Assembly (NCBI RefSeq): GCF_044324785.1
Contig: NZ_CP172127.1
Reading direction: 5' to 3' (one strand)
From: Escherichia coli
GTDB lineage: Bacteria > Pseudomonadota > Gammaproteobacteria > Enterobacterales > Enterobacteriaceae
Length of the DNA stretch: 64,000 bases
Shown here in pieces: positions 34,193 to 45,680 of the stretch (its first letter is position 1; each line of letters opens with the position of its first letter). The notes under the pieces are model-generated. The model was not told the origin of the DNA. It saw only the letters and a program-made list of their open reading frames with translations, and searched no databases. Made by a program: the position numbers and the translations under genes.

Positions 34193-34454
34193 TAACAGCC
34201 TCGTCAACACATCGTTGGCGGGGATTTTATCAATATTCGCTATTTTTATGTAATAATTTTATAAATACGTTCAAAATAATAACCAAGTACTAATAGTGAT
34301 ATTTTAAGGTCTGATTTTTACGTGATAATTCAGGAGGCGTAGAAAGTGCATAAAAATAACAACATAAAACACCTTGCCACCACCCAAGAATTCAATAATA
34401 TATTGATTTTCAATGATAAAATATTATTCACATAATATCTCACGATAAATAACA

Positions 34455-34474
34455 TTAGGATTTTGTTATTTAAA
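34455..34474. promoter_or_regulatory. GAD box (GadE binding site) TTAGGATTTTGTTATTTAAA upstream of gadB
   Basis: Exact 20-bp match to the GAD box consensus, about 80-100 bp upstream of the gadB ATG. Confidence 0.8.
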
Positions 34475-34553
34475 CACGAGTCCTTTGCACTTGCTTACTT
34501 TATCGATAAATCCTACTTTTTTAATGCGATCCAATCATTTTAAGGAGTTTAAA

Positions 34554-35954
34554 ATGGATAAGAAGCAAGTAACGGATTTAAGGTCGGAACTACTCGATTC
34601 ACGTTTTGGTGCGAAGTCTATTTCCACTATCGCAGAATCAAAACGTTTTCCGCTGCACGAAATGCGCGATGATGTCGCATTCCAGATTATCAATGACGAA
34701 TTATATCTTGATGGCAACGCTCGTCAGAACCTGGCCACTTTCTGCCAGACCTGGGACGACGAAAATGTCCATAAGTTGATGGATTTATCCATTAACAAAA
34801 ACTGGATCGACAAAGAAGAATATCCGCAATCTGCAGCCATCGACCTGCGTTGCGTAAACATGGTTGCCGATCTGTGGCATGCGCCTGCACCGAAAAATGG
34901 TCAGGCCGTTGGCACCAACACCATTGGTTCTTCCGAGGCCTGTATGCTCGGCGGGATGGCGATGAAATGGCGTTGGCGCAAGCGTATGGAAGCCGCAGGT
35001 AAGCCGACCAACAAACCAAACCTGGTGTGCGGTCCGGTACAAATCTGCTGGCATAAATTCGCCCGCTACTGGGATGTGGAGCTGCGTGAGATCCCTATGC
35101 GCCCCGGTCAGTTGTTTATGGACCCGAAACGCATGATTGAAGCCTGCGACGAAAACACCATCGGCGTGGTGCCGACTTTTGGCGTGACCTACACCGGTAA
35201 CTATGAGTTCCCGCAGCCGCTGCACGATGCGCTGGATAAATTCCAGGCCGACACCGGTATCGACATCGACATGCACATCGACGCCGCCAGCGGTGGCTTC
35301 CTGGCACCGTTCGTCGCCCCGGATATCGTCTGGGACTTCCGCCTGCCGCGTGTGAAATCGATCAGTGCTTCAGGCCATAAATTCGGTCTGGCTCCGCTGG
35401 GCTGCGGCTGGGTTATCTGGCGTGATGAAGAAGCGCTGCCGCAGGAACTGGTGTTCAACGTTGACTATCTCGGTGGTCAGATTGGGACTTTCGCCATCAA
35501 CTTCTCCCGCCCGGCGGGTCAAGTGATTGCACAGTACTATGAATTCCTGCGCCTTGGTCGTGAAGGCTATACCAAAGTACAGAACGCTTCCTACCAGGTC
35601 GCTGCCTATCTGGCGGATGAAATCGCCAAACTGGGGCCGTATGAGTTCATCTGTACTGGTCGCCCGGACGAAGGCATTCCGGCGGTTTGCTTCAAACTGA
35701 AAGAGGGTGAAGATCCGGGATACACCCTCTACGACCTCTCTGAACGTCTGCGTCTGCGCGGCTGGCAGGTTCCGGCCTTCACTCTCGGCGGTGAAGCCAC
35801 CGACATCGTGGTGATGCGCATTATGTGTCGTCGCGGCTTCGAAATGGACTTTGCTGAACTGTTGCTGGAAGACTACAAAGCCTCCCTGAAATATCTCAGC
35901 GATCACCCGAAACTGCAGGGTATTGCCCAGCAGAACAGCTTTAAACATACCTGA
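34554..35954 (+). CDS. gadB: Glutamate decarboxylase beta (PLP-dependent)
   Basis: 466-aa protein [21 protein letters not shown]... with PLP-lysine motif SASGHKFG; called gadB rather than gadA because gadC follows; ORF opens at 34485. Confidence 0.93.
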   Translation: MDKKQVTDLRSELLDSRFGAKSISTIAESKRFPLHEMRDDVAFQIINDELYLDGNARQNLATFCQTWDDENVHKLMDLSINKNWIDKEEYPQSAAIDLRCVNMVADLWHAPAPKNGQAVGTNTIGSSEACMLGGMAMKWRWRKRMEAAGKPTNKPNLVCGPVQICWHKFARYWDVELREIPMRPGQLFMDPKRMIEACDENTIGVVPTFGVTYTGNYEFPQPLHDALDKFQADTGIDIDMHIDAASGGFLAPFVAPDIVWDFRLPRVKSISASGHKFGLAPLGCGWVIWRDEEALPQELVFNVDYLGGQIGTFAINFSRPAGQVIAQYYEFLRLGREGYTKVQNASYQVAAYLADEIAKLGPYEFICTGRPDEGIPAVCFKLKEGEDPGYTLYDLSERLRLRGWQVPAFTLGGEATDIVVMRIMCRRGFEMDFAELLLEDYKASLKYLSDHPKLQGIAQQNSFKHT

Positions 35955-35974
35955 TAACGTTTAACGGTAACGGT

Positions 35975-36000
35975 GTCCCGAAACGCACCCGTTTCGGGAC
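35975..36000 (+). other. Intra-operon hairpin between gadB and gadC
   Basis: Perfect 10-bp stem GTCCCGAAAC / GTTTCGGGAC with 6-nt loop; no U-tract, so attenuator-like rather than a full terminator. Confidence 0.35.
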
Positions 36001-36109
36001 AATTTCCAAAGTCTGTTCACTGGCATTAGCAACGGAAAATATTGTTCTGAATACGCTACAGAACAAAACAGGTGCGGTTCCGACAGGAATACCGTTTTAG
36101 GGGGATAAT

Positions 36110-37645
36110 ATGGCTACATCAGTACAGACAGGTAAAGCTAAGCAGCTCACATTACTCGGATTTTTTGCCATAACGGCATCGATGGTAATGGCTGTTTATG
36201 AATACCCTACCTTCGCAACATCGGGCTTTTCATTAGTCTTCTTCCTGCTATTAGGCGGGATTTTATGGTTTATTCCCGTGGGACTTTGTGCTGCGGAAAT
36301 GGCCACCGTCGACGGCTGGGAAGAAGGTGGTGTCTTCGCCTGGGTATCAAATACTCTGGGGCCGAGATGGGGATTTGCAGCGATCTCATTTGGCTATCTG
36401 CAAATCGCCATTGGTTTTATTCCGATGCTCTATTTCGTGTTAGGGGCACTCTCCTACATCCTGAAATGGCCAGCGCTGAATGAAGACCCCATTACCAAAA
36501 CTATTGCAGCACTCATCATTCTTTGGGCGCTGGCATTAACGCAGTTTGGTGGCACGAAATACACGGCGCGAATTGCTAAAGTTGGCTTCTTCGCCGGTAT
36601 CCTGTTACCTGCATTTATTTTGATCGCATTAGCGGCTATTTATTTGCACTCCGGTGCCCCCGTTGCTATCGAAATGGATTCGAAGACCTTCTTCCCTGAC
36701 TTCTCTAAAGTGGGCACCCTGGTTGTATTTGTTGCCTTCATTTTGAGTTATATGGGCGTTGAAGCTTCCGCAACCCACGTCAATGAAATGAGCAACCCAG
36801 GGCGCGACTATCCGTTGGCTATGTTATTGCTGATGGTGGCGGCAATCTGCTTAAGCTCTGTTGGCGGTTTGTCTATTGCGATGGTCATTCCGGGTAATGA
36901 AATCAACCTCTCCGCTGGGGTAATGCAAACCTTTACCGTTCTGATGTCCCATGTGGCACCGGAAATTGAGTGGACGGTTCGTGTGATCTCCGCACTGCTG
37001 TTACTGGGTGTTCTGGCGGAAATCGCCTCCTGGATTGTTGGTCCTTCTCGCGGGATGTATGTCACAGCGCAGAAAAACCTGCTGCCAGCGGCATTCGCTA
37101 AAATGAACAAAAATGGCGTACCGGTAACGCTGGTCATTTCGCAGCTGGTGATTACTTCTATCGCGTTGATCATCCTCACCAATACCGGTGGCGGTAACAA
37201 CATGTCCTTCCTGATCGCACTGGCGCTGACGGTGGTGATTTATCTGTGTGCTTATTTCATGCTGTTTATTGGCTACATTGTGTTGGTTCTTAAACATCCT
37301 GACTTAAAACGCACATTTAATATCCCTGGTGGTAAAGGGGTGAAACTGGTCGTGGCTGTTGTCGGTCTGCTGACTTCAATTATGGCGTTTATTGTTTCCT
37401 TCCTGCCGCCGGATAACATCCAGGGTGACTCTACCGATATGTATGTTGAATTACTGGTCGTTAGTTTCCTGGTGGTACTTGCCCTGCCCTTTATTCTCTA
37501 TGCTGTTCATGATCGTAAAGGCAAAGCGAATACCGGCGTCACTCTCGAGCCAATCAACAGTAAGAACGCACCAAAAGGTCACTTCTTCCTGCACCCGCGT
37601 GCACGTTCACCACACTATATTGTGATGAATGACAAGAAACACTAA
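36110..37645 (+). CDS. gadC: Glutamate:GABA antiporter GadC (APC family)
   Basis: 511-aa polytopic membrane protein matching GadC; operon partner of gadB. Confidence 0.93.
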   Translation: MATSVQTGKAKQLTLLGFFAITASMVMAVYEYPTFATSGFSLVFFLLLGGILWFIPVGLCAAEMATVDGWEEGGVFAWVSNTLGPRWGFAAISFGYLQIAIGFIPMLYFVLGALSYILKWPALNEDPITKTIAALIILWALALTQFGGTKYTARIAKVGFFAGILLPAFILIALAAIYLHSGAPVAIEMDSKTFFPDFSKVGTLVVFVAFILSYMGVEASATHVNEMSNPGRDYPLAMLLLMVAAICLSSVGGLSIAMVIPGNEINLSAGVMQTFTVLMSHVAPEIEWTVRVISALLLLGVLAEIASWIVGPSRGMYVTAQKNLLPAAFAKMNKNGVPVTLVISQLVITSIALIILTNTGGGNNMSFLIALALTVVIYLCAYFMLFIGYIVLVLKHPDLKRTFNIPGGKGVKLVVAVVGLLTSIMAFIVSFLPPDNIQGDSTDMYVELLVVSFLVVLALPFILYAVHDRKGKANTGVTLEPINSKNAPKGHFFLHPRARSPHYIVMNDKKH

Positions 37646-37668
37646 CCATGTCTGAATGGTTATAAGAC

Positions 37669-37698
37669 AAGGGAGCGATAATTCATCGCTCCCTTTTT
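37669..37698 (+). terminator. Rho-independent terminator after gadC
   Basis: Stem GGGAGCGAT / ATCGCTCCC, 5-nt loop, followed by TTTTT. Confidence 0.75.
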
Positions 37699-37775
37699 CG
37701 TGCTCGCTGTCGTATTGACTTAACCGGGATAAGTACGAGAATGAGCGCACATCTGTTTACCGGAAACCAGCATAT

Positions 37776-39095
37776 ATGGATATCTGCTCCCGAAACGAGA
37801 AATTAGCGATTAGAAGACCAGCGGTACTGGTTGCACTGGCACTTTTACTGTGTAGTTGCAAAAGCACGCCTCCAGAGTCAATGGTGACACCACCAACAGG
37901 TTCAAAGCCACCAGCCACGACGCAACAATCGTCACAACCGATGCGTGGCATCTGGCTGGCCACAGTGTCTCGCCTCGACTGGCCACCGGTTTCCTCGGTT
38001 AACATTAGTAACCCCACCAGCCGGGCACGTGTACAACAACAGGCGATGATCGACAAACTGGATCATCTGCAACGTCTCGGCATAAACACGGTCTTTTTTC
38101 AGGTCAAGCCGGATGGTACCGCCCTGTGGCCATCGAAAATTTTGCCGTGGTCCGATCTTATGACCGGTAAGATTGGTGAAAATCCAGGTTACGATCCGCT
38201 GCAATTTATGCTCGACGAAGCCCACAAGCGTGGGATGAAAGTACACGCCTGGTTTAACCCCTATCGCGTATCGGTTAATACGAAGCCCGGTACTATCAGG
38301 GAACTGAATAGCACTCTGTCTCAACAACCGGCTAGCGTCTATGTGCAACACCGCGACTGGATCAGAACGTCCGGCGATCGCTTTGTCCTCGACCCGGGCA
38401 TCCCTGAGGTTCAGGACTGGATCACATCAATAGTCGCAGAGGTGGTTTCCCGCTATCCGGTAGATGGCGTGCAGTTTGACGACTATTTCTATACTGAGTC
38501 ACCAGCTTCACGGCTAAATGATAACGAAACGTACCGCAAATACGGAGGCGCATTTGCGTCAAAAGCAGACTGGCGGCGCAACAATACTCAGCAGTTAATT
38601 GCGAAGGTATCGCACACCATTAAAAGCATTAAGCCGGAAGTCGAATTTGGCGTTAGCCCGGCAGGCGTGTGGCGTAACCGATCACACGATCCGCTCGGTT
38701 CCGATACCCGAGGCGCGGCAGCCTATGACGAATCCTACGCTGACACCCGTCGATGGGTGGAACAAGGATTGCTGGATTACATTGCTCCCCAAATTTACTG
38801 GCCGTTCTCACGGAGTGCCGCACGTTATGACGTTTTGGCAAAATGGTGGGCGGATGTCGTTAAACCGACCAGGACCCGCCTGTATATCGGTATCGCCTTC
38901 TATAAAGTGGGTGAACCTTCAAAGATAGAGCCAGACTGGATGATTAACGGCGGCGTACCGGAACTGAAAAAACAGCTCGATCTTAACGATGCCGTGCCAG
39001 AAATTAGCGGCACAATCTTGTTCCGTGAGGACTATCTGAATAAGCCACAGACTCAACAAGCGGTTAGCTATCTGCAAAGTCGTTGGGGCAGTTAA
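37776..39095 (+). CDS. yddW: Lipoprotein YddW, glycoside-hydrolase-like family
   Basis: 439-aa ORF with lipoprotein signal and lipobox (...LALLLCSCKS); matches YddW. Confidence 0.88.
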   Translation: MDICSRNEKLAIRRPAVLVALALLLCSCKSTPPESMVTPPTGSKPPATTQQSSQPMRGIWLATVSRLDWPPVSSVNISNPTSRARVQQQAMIDKLDHLQRLGINTVFFQVKPDGTALWPSKILPWSDLMTGKIGENPGYDPLQFMLDEAHKRGMKVHAWFNPYRVSVNTKPGTIRELNSTLSQQPASVYVQHRDWIRTSGDRFVLDPGIPEVQDWITSIVAEVVSRYPVDGVQFDDYFYTESPASRLNDNETYRKYGGAFASKADWRRNNTQQLIAKVSHTIKSIKPEVEFGVSPAGVWRNRSHDPLGSDTRGAAAYDESYADTRRWVEQGLLDYIAPQIYWPFSRSAARYDVLAKWWADVVKPTRTRLYIGIAFYKVGEPSKIEPDWMINGGVPELKKQLDLNDAVPEISGTILFREDYLNKPQTQQAVSYLQSRWGS

Positions 39096-39469
39096 ACTCC
39101 CATTCATACTTTGTAACAAGCCGGTGCTTTCCCCCGGCTTGTTACCCTCTTGAAATATCCCACTAGTAATCATGCTTACTTAAGTCAAATTAACTACGCA
39201 ATTAACCACACTTAGTTAAACAGTCATAAATCCCCTAATAAAAATGTATGAATATGAAAAAACATACGATATTCGCTGTCACCGAAAAATAATTACGATG
39301 GGCTATACTCTTCTGAAGAACAGTAGCGTAGATTGAAACTGTCCTAAGTCGCTTATTTGTTTTCAGTATATCTTCATATTTCAGGAGAATATGGTGCAGT
39401 TAGTCGATCTCGCACGTTGCGTTTCGTTTTGATTCCGTCTGCTTTCCCAGCCTTATAAGGGTGTGAATT

Positions 39470-40852
39470 ATGGAGATGTATTTTAAAAGAATGAAAGATG
39501 AGTGGACCGGGCTTGTCGAACAAGCAGATCCGCTCATTCGTGCTAAAGCCGCGGAAATTGCCGTTGCGCATGCCCATTATCTGAGTATTGAGTTTTACCG
39601 AATTGTCCGTATCGACCCGCATGCCGAAGAATTCTTGAGTAATGAACAAGTTGAGCGGCAGTTGAAAAGTGCGATGGAACGCTGGATTATTAACGTGCTT
39701 TCTGCCCAGGTTGACGATGTCGAAAGGCTAATACAAATCCAGCATACCGTTGCGGAAGTGCATGCCCGCATAGGAATTCCGGTAGAAATTGTCGAGATGG
39801 GGTTTCGGGTGCTGAAAAAAATCCTCTATCCAGTCATCTTCTCTTCGGATTATTCCGCCGCAGAAAAACTTCAGGTCTACCATTTCTCGATTAACAGTAT
39901 TGATATCGCGATGGAAGTGATGACTCGCGCGTTTACCTTTAGTGACAGTAGTGCCTCAAAGGAAGATGAAAACTATCGTATCTTCTCGTTACTGGAAAAC
40001 GCCGAAGAAGAAAAAGAACGGCAAATAGCCTCAATACTTTCATGGGAAATAGATATTATCTATAAAGTCCTGCTGGATTCTGATTTAGGCAGTAGTTTGC
40101 CTTTAAGCCAGGCTGATTTTGGCCTGTGGTTTAACCATAAAGGTCGACATTATTTTAGCGGCATAGCCGAAGTGGGCCATATCTCCCGTCTGATTCAGGA
40201 TTTCGACGGTATTTTCAATCAAACCATGCGTAATACCAGGAATTTGAATAACAGAAGTTTGCGGGTGAAATTTTTATTACAGATAAGAAATACCGTATCG
40301 CAAATTATTACCTTGCTGCGTGAATTGTTTGAAGAAGTATCGCGCCACGAAGTCGGTATGGATGTCCTGACGAAATTACTTAACCGCCGTTTCCTACCGA
40401 CGATCTTCAAACGCGAAATTGCCCATGCCAACCGGACCGGTACACCGCTGTCAGTGCTGATTATTGACGTTGATAAATTCAAAGAGATCAACGATACGTG
40501 GGGCCATAACACTGGCGATGAAATTCTGCGTAAAGTCTCTCAGGCCTTTTATGACAACGTCCGCAGTAGTGATTATGTTTTCCGCTACGGGGGCGATGAA
40601 TTTATCATTGTTTTGACTGAAGCTTCGGAAAACGAAACGTTACGTACCGCAGAACGTATTCGCAGTCGGGTGGAGAAAACCAAACTGAAAGCCGCAAACG
40701 GCGAAGATATTGCCCTCTCACTTTCCATCGGTGCCGCCATGTTTAATGGTCATCCTGACTATGAGCGCCTCATTCAAATAGCCGATGAAGCTCTGTATAT
40801 CGCCAAAAGACGAGGTAGAAACCGTGTTGAACTCTGGAAAGCCAGTCTTTAG
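39470..40852 (+). CDS. dosC: Globin-coupled diguanylate cyclase DosC
   Basis: 460-aa ORF, N-terminal globin sensor and C-terminal GGDEF domain (RYGGDEF); stop abuts the next ORF. Confidence 0.93.
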   Translation: MEMYFKRMKDEWTGLVEQADPLIRAKAAEIAVAHAHYLSIEFYRIVRIDPHAEEFLSNEQVERQLKSAMERWIINVLSAQVDDVERLIQIQHTVAEVHARIGIPVEIVEMGFRVLKKILYPVIFSSDYSAAEKLQVYHFSINSIDIAMEVMTRAFTFSDSSASKEDENYRIFSLLENAEEEKERQIASILSWEIDIIYKVLLDSDLGSSLPLSQADFGLWFNHKGRHYFSGIAEVGHISRLIQDFDGIFNQTMRNTRNLNNRSLRVKFLLQIRNTVSQIITLLRELFEEVSRHEVGMDVLTKLLNRRFLPTIFKREIAHANRTGTPLSVLIIDVDKFKEINDTWGHNTGDEILRKVSQAFYDNVRSSDYVFRYGGDEFIIVLTEASENETLRTAERIRSRVEKTKLKAANGEDIALSLSIGAAMFNGHPDYERLIQIADEALYIAKRRGRNRVELWKASL

Positions 40853-40876
40853 ATGCGCCAGGATGCAGAGGTAATC

Positions 40877-43276
40877 ATGAAGCTAACCGATGCGGATAAT
40901 GCCGCCGATGGCATTTTTTTCCCCGCCCTTGAGCAAAATATGATGGGTGCGGTGTTAATTAACGAAAATGATGAAGTGATGTTTTTCAACCCCGCCGCAG
41001 AGAAGCTCTGGGGGTACAAACGTGAAGAAGTCATTGGCAATAACATTGATATGCTGATTCCGCGGGATTTGCGTCCCGCGCATCCTGAATACATCCGTCA
41101 CAACCGTGAAGGCGGTAAAGCGCGCGTCGAGGGGATGAGTCGGGAGCTGCAGCTGGAGAAAAAAGACGGCAGTAAAATCTGGCCCCGTTTTGCGCTATCG
41201 AAAGTGAGCGCCGAGGGGAAAGTTTATTACCTGGCACTGGTACGGGATGCCAGCGTAGAAATGGCGCAAAAAGAACAGACCCGACAATTGATTATTGCCG
41301 TTGACCATCTCGACCGACCGGTGATTGTCCTCGATCCGGAACGCCATATTGTGCAGTGCAATCGTGCATTTACCGAAATGTTTGGTTACTGCATTAGCGA
41401 AGCCAGCGGTATGCAGCCCGATACACTCCTGAACATTCCAGAATTCCCTGCTGATAACCGCATTCGTTTACAACAGTTGCTATGGAAAACCGCCCGCGAT
41501 CAGGACGAATTTCTGCTGTTGACGCGCACCGGTGAAAAAATCTGGATTAAAGCCTCTATCAGCCCGGTCTATGATGTGCTCGCGCATCTGCAGAACCTGG
41601 TAATGACTTTCTCGGATATCACCGAAGAACGGCAAATCCGCCAGCTTGAAGGCAATATTCTCGCCGCCATGTGCAGCAGCCCGCCATTTCATGAAATGGG
41701 GGAAATTATTTGTCGTAACATCGAATCTGTACTCAACGAATCGCATGTTTCGCTGTTCGCGCTGCGCAACGGGATGCCGATACACTGGGCGTCATCTTCG
41801 CACGGTACAGAAGTTCAAAATGCGCAAAGCTGGTCAGCGACCATTCGTCAGCGTGATGGCGCGCCGGCGGGGATCCTGCAAATTAAAACCTCGTCAGGAG
41901 CAGAAACCAGCGCCTTTATCGAACGCGTGGCAGATATCAGCCAGCATATGGCCGCGCTGGCGCTGGAACAGGAAAAAAGCCGTCAGCATATTGAACAACT
42001 CATCCAATTTGATCCGATGACCGGTCTGCCAAATCGCAATAACCTGCACAATTACCTCGATGACCTGGTCGACAAAGCCGTCTCTCCGGTGGTGTATCTC
42101 ATCGGTGTTGACCATATTCAGGATGTGATTGATAGCCTTGGCTATGCGTGGGCCGATCAGGCATTGCTGGAAGTGGTCAATCGCTTTCGTGAAAAACTCA
42201 AACCGGATCAGTATCTCTGTCGTATCGAAGGTACGCAGTTTGTCCTCGTGAGCCTCGAAAACGACGTCAGTAACATTACCCAGATCGCCGATGAGCTACG
42301 GAATGTGGTCAGCAAGCCGATAATGATTGACGATAAACCATTCCCGCTCACCTTGAGTATTGGCATCAGCTACGACGTGGGTAAAAACCGCGATTACCTG
42401 CTCTCCACTGCTCACAATGCAATGGATTTTATTCGCAAAAATGGCGGTAACGGCTGGCAGTTCTTCAGCCCGGCGATGAACGAAATGGTAAAAGAGCGTT
42501 TGGTTTTAGGCGCGGCGCTGAAAGAAGCAATTAGCAATAACCAACTGAAACTGGTTTACCAGCCACAAATCTTCGCAGAAACGGGTGAACTGTACGGCAT
42601 CGAAGCCCTTGCTCGCTGGCACGATCCCCTGCATGGTCATGTGCCCCCTTCACGGTTTATTCCTCTCGCAGAAGAGATCGGTGAAATCGAAAATATTGGA
42701 CGCTGGGTCATCGCGGAAGCTTGTCGTCAGTTAGCAGAATGGCGTAGCCAGAATATTCATATCCCGGCGCTTTCCGTTAACTTGTCGGCGCTGCACTTTC
42801 GCAGTAATCAACTGCCTAATCAGGTGTCTGATGCAATGCACGCCTGGGGTATTGACGGCCACCAGCTGACGGTGGAAATAACGGAAAGCATGATGATGGA
42901 ACACGATACCGAAATCTTTAAGCGCATTCAGATCCTGCGCGATATGGGCGTGGGTTTATCGGTAGATGATTTTGGCACGGGCTTTTCCGGATTATCCCGC
43001 TTAGTCAGTCTTCCGGTAACGGAAATCAAAATTGACAAAAGTTTTGTCGATCGTTGTCTGACCGAAAAACGCATCCTTGCCTTACTTGAAGCCATTACCA
43101 GCATTGGGCAAAGCCTCAATTTAACCGTCGTGGCGGAAGGCGTCGAAACCAAAGAGCAATTTGAGATGCTACGCAAGATCCACTGTCGCGTTATTCAGGG
43201 ATATTTCTTTTCCCGCCCCCTGCCCGCCGAAGAAATTCCAGGCTGGATGAGCAGTGTGTTACCGCTGAAAATCTGA
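40877..43276 (+). CDS. dosP: Heme-regulated c-di-GMP phosphodiesterase DosP (PAS-PAS-GGDEF-EAL)
   Basis: 799-aa protein MKLTDADNAADGIFFPALEQ... with EAL motif; ORF opens at 40853 right after the dosC stop, ATG at 40877 matches the conserved N-terminus. Confidence 0.92.
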   Translation: MKLTDADNAADGIFFPALEQNMMGAVLINENDEVMFFNPAAEKLWGYKREEVIGNNIDMLIPRDLRPAHPEYIRHNREGGKARVEGMSRELQLEKKDGSKIWPRFALSKVSAEGKVYYLALVRDASVEMAQKEQTRQLIIAVDHLDRPVIVLDPERHIVQCNRAFTEMFGYCISEASGMQPDTLLNIPEFPADNRIRLQQLLWKTARDQDEFLLLTRTGEKIWIKASISPVYDVLAHLQNLVMTFSDITEERQIRQLEGNILAAMCSSPPFHEMGEIICRNIESVLNESHVSLFALRNGMPIHWASSSHGTEVQNAQSWSATIRQRDGAPAGILQIKTSSGAETSAFIERVADISQHMAALALEQEKSRQHIEQLIQFDPMTGLPNRNNLHNYLDDLVDKAVSPVVYLIGVDHIQDVIDSLGYAWADQALLEVVNRFREKLKPDQYLCRIEGTQFVLVSLENDVSNITQIADELRNVVSKPIMIDDKPFPLTLSIGISYDVGKNRDYLLSTAHNAMDFIRKNGGNGWQFFSPAMNEMVKERLVLGAALKEAISNNQLKLVYQPQIFAETGELYGIEALARWHDPLHGHVPPSRFIPLAEEIGEIENIGRWVIAEACRQLAEWRSQNIHIPALSVNLSALHFRSNQLPNQVSDAMHAWGIDGHQLTVEITESMMMEHDTEIFKRIQILRDMGVGLSVDDFGTGFSGLSRLVSLPVTEIKIDKSFVDRCLTEKRILALLEAITSIGQSLNLTVVAEGVETKEQFEMLRKIHCRVIQGYFFSRPLPAEEIPGWMSSVLPLKI

Positions 43277-43533
43277 CAAATTCCTCTCGCCCGCACTCGC
43301 GGGTTTTCATTTAACGTGACACTGTCACTTAAATACTGTGATTTCAGCTACGATTCCGGGAGATTCCTTCCTTAACTTCCCCTCTTGCACCAAAACTGCA
43401 CTACGCTGCACAAATGTTGATCAAAAGTTAAAAAATATAACTTTAAGCCAGCATTCTGGCGCTTATCCCGGCATGGCATGAGATCTGCATAAGCGGAAAG
43501 CGCAGCAATTTTTGTCTTATACAGGAACCGTTT

Positions 43534-44115
43534 ATGTCGGATACCACCGAACTGGTTGATTTAGCCGTGATCTTCCCTGATCTGGAGATCGAACTGAAAT
43601 ACGCCTGCGCGGATAACATCACAGGTAAAGCTATTTATCAGCAAGCGCGTTGTCTGTTACACAAGGATGCGATTACCGCGCTGGCGAAAAGTATCAGCAT
43701 CGCCCAGCTGTCAGGCTTACAACTGGTGATTTACGATGCGTATCGCCCACAACAAGCACAGGCGATGTTGTGGCAAGCCTGCCCAGACCCGCAATATGTT
43801 GTTGATGTGACGGTCGGTTCTAATCACAGCCGTGGCACGGCGATCGACCTGACGCTTCGTGATGAGCACGGGAACATCCTGGATATGGGCGCAGAGTTCG
43901 ATGAAATGCACGAACGTTCCCATGCTTATCACCCTTCCGTCCCGCCCGCTGCTCAGCGCAATCGGCTGTTGCTGAATGCGATTATGACTGGCGGTGGCTT
44001 TGTCGGTATCCCGAGCGAATGGTGGCACTTCGAATTACCCCAGGCAGCGAGTTACCCACTACTCGCTGATCAATTCACCTGTTTTATATCCCCTGGCACA
44101 CAGCACGCCAGTTAA
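43534..44115 (+). CDS. ddpX: D-alanyl-D-alanine dipeptidase DdpX (VanX homolog)
   Basis: 193-aa ORF with VanX-like zinc-site residues (SNHSRGTAIDLT, EWWHFE); first gene of ddpXABCDF. Confidence 0.92.
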   Translation: MSDTTELVDLAVIFPDLEIELKYACADNITGKAIYQQARCLLHKDAITALAKSISIAQLSGLQLVIYDAYRPQQAQAMLWQACPDPQYVVDVTVGSNHSRGTAIDLTLRDEHGNILDMGAEFDEMHERSHAYHPSVPPAAQRNRLLLNAIMTGGGFVGIPSEWWHFELPQAASYPLLADQFTCFISPGTQHAS

Positions 44116-44128
44116 TCAGGAAACTGTC

Positions 44129-45679
44129 ATGAAGAGATCGATATCGTTTCGTCCTACATTGCTCGCGATCGTCCTTGCCACAACAATGCCGGTTGCGCAC
44201 GCCGCCGTACCGAAAGATATGCTGGTGATCGGTAAAGCTGCCGACCCACAAACCCTCGACCCAGCGGTGACAATTGATAATAACGACTGGACAGTGACCT
44301 ACCCGTCTTATCAGCGACTGGTTCAGTACAAAACGGACGGTGATAAAGGCTCAACAGACGTTGAAGGCGATCTGGCAAGTAGCTGGAAAGCGTCTGACGA
44401 TCAAAAAGAGTGGACGTTCACCCTGAAGGACAATGCTAAATTTGCCGATGGCACACCTGTCACTGCCGAAGCAGTAAAACTCTCTTTTGAGCGGTTACTA
44501 AAAATCGGCCAGGGGCCAGCAGAAGCATTTCCCAAAGATTTAAAGATTGATGCTCCCGACGAACATACGGTGAAGTTTACCCTTAGCCAGCCATTCGCAC
44601 CGTTCCTCTATACGCTGGCGAATGACGGTGCATCCATTATCAATCCGGCGGTCTTAAAGGAACATGCAGCGGATGATGCTCGCGGCTTCCTCGCGCAAAA
44701 TACCGCAGGTTCCGGACCATTTATGCTGAAAAGCTGGCAAAAAGGTCAGCAATTAGTTCTGGTGCCAAATCCGCATTACCCCGGCAATAAACCGAACTTT
44801 AAGCGAGTATCGGTAAAAATTATCGGTGAAAGTGCCTCCCGTCGCCTGCAGCTCTCCCGTGGTGATATTGACATTGCCGATGCGCTGCCAGTGGATCAAC
44901 TCAACGCCCTGAAGCAGGAAAACAAAGTCAATGTGGCAGAGTATCCGTCACTGCGCGTCACCTATCTGTATCTGAATAACAGCAAAGCGCCACTTAATCA
45001 GGCGGATCTGCGTCGGGCCATTTCCTGGTCTACCGATTATCAGGGTATGGTTAACGGCATTCTGAGTGGTAACGGAAAACAAATGCGCGGCCCGATTCCG
45101 GAAGGCATGTGGGGATACGATGCGACGGCAATGCAATACAACCATGACGAAACGAAAGCCAAAGCCGAATGGGATAAAGTGACGAGCAAACCCACCAGCC
45201 TGACGTTTCTCTATTCTGATAATGATCCGAACTGGGAGCCTATTGCTCTGGCGACACAATCCAGCCTCAACAAGCTGGGCATCAATGTGAAGCTGGAAAA
45301 ACTGGCGAACGCCACCATGCGCGACAGAGTGGGTAAAGGTGATTACGACATTGCGATTGGCAACTGGAGTCCGGATTTTGCCGACCCGTATATGTTTATG
45401 AATTACTGGTTTGAGTCAGACAAAAAAGGTCTGCCGGGTAACCGCTCGTTCTATGAAAACAGTGAGGTCGATAAGTTACTGCGCAATGCGCTAGCGACCA
45501 CCGACCAGACGCAGCGTACCCGGGACTACCAGCAGGCACAGAAAATCGTCATTGATGACGCTGCTTATGTGTACCTGTTCCAGAAAAACTACCAACTGGC
45601 GATGAACAAAGAGGTGAAAGGCTTTGTGTTCAATCCCATGCTGGAACAGGTCTTCAATATCAATACCATGAGTAAATAA
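44129..45679 (+). CDS. ddpA: D,D-dipeptide ABC transporter periplasmic binding protein DdpA
   Basis: 516-aa family-5 solute-binding protein with signal peptide MKRSISFRPTLLAIVLATTMPVAHA; ORF opens at 43994 inside ddpX, the 44129 ATG is preferred. Confidence 0.9.
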   Translation: MKRSISFRPTLLAIVLATTMPVAHAAVPKDMLVIGKAADPQTLDPAVTIDNNDWTVTYPSYQRLVQYKTDGDKGSTDVEGDLASSWKASDDQKEWTFTLKDNAKFADGTPVTAEAVKLSFERLLKIGQGPAEAFPKDLKIDAPDEHTVKFTLSQPFAPFLYTLANDGASIINPAVLKEHAADDARGFLAQNTAGSGPFMLKSWQKGQQLVLVPNPHYPGNKPNFKRVSVKIIGESASRRLQLSRGDIDIADALPVDQLNALKQENKVNVAEYPSLRVTYLYLNNSKAPLNQADLRRAISWSTDYQGMVNGILSGNGKQMRGPIPEGMWGYDATAMQYNHDETKAKAEWDKVTSKPTSLTFLYSDNDPNWEPIALATQSSLNKLGINVKLEKLANATMRDRVGKGDYDIAIGNWSPDFADPYMFMNYWFESDKKGLPGNRSFYENSEVDKLLRNALATTDQTQRTRDYQQAQKIVIDDAAYVYLFQKNYQLAMNKEVKGFVFNPMLEQVFNINTMSK

Positions 45680-45680
45680 C

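Noticed and set aside
34193-34230. Possible terminator hairpin after pqqL (CGTCAACACATCGTTGGCG)
   Set aside because: Imperfect, short stem and no U-tract; not convincing
43994-44128. Longer N-terminal extensions suggested by the ORF track (ddpA from 43994, gadB from 34485, dosP from 40853, maeA from 57666, adhP from 59503, ydeN from 24042)
   Set aside because: Extensions overlap upstream genes or lack an RBS; internal ATG/GTG starts give products with the expected signal peptides or conserved N-termini
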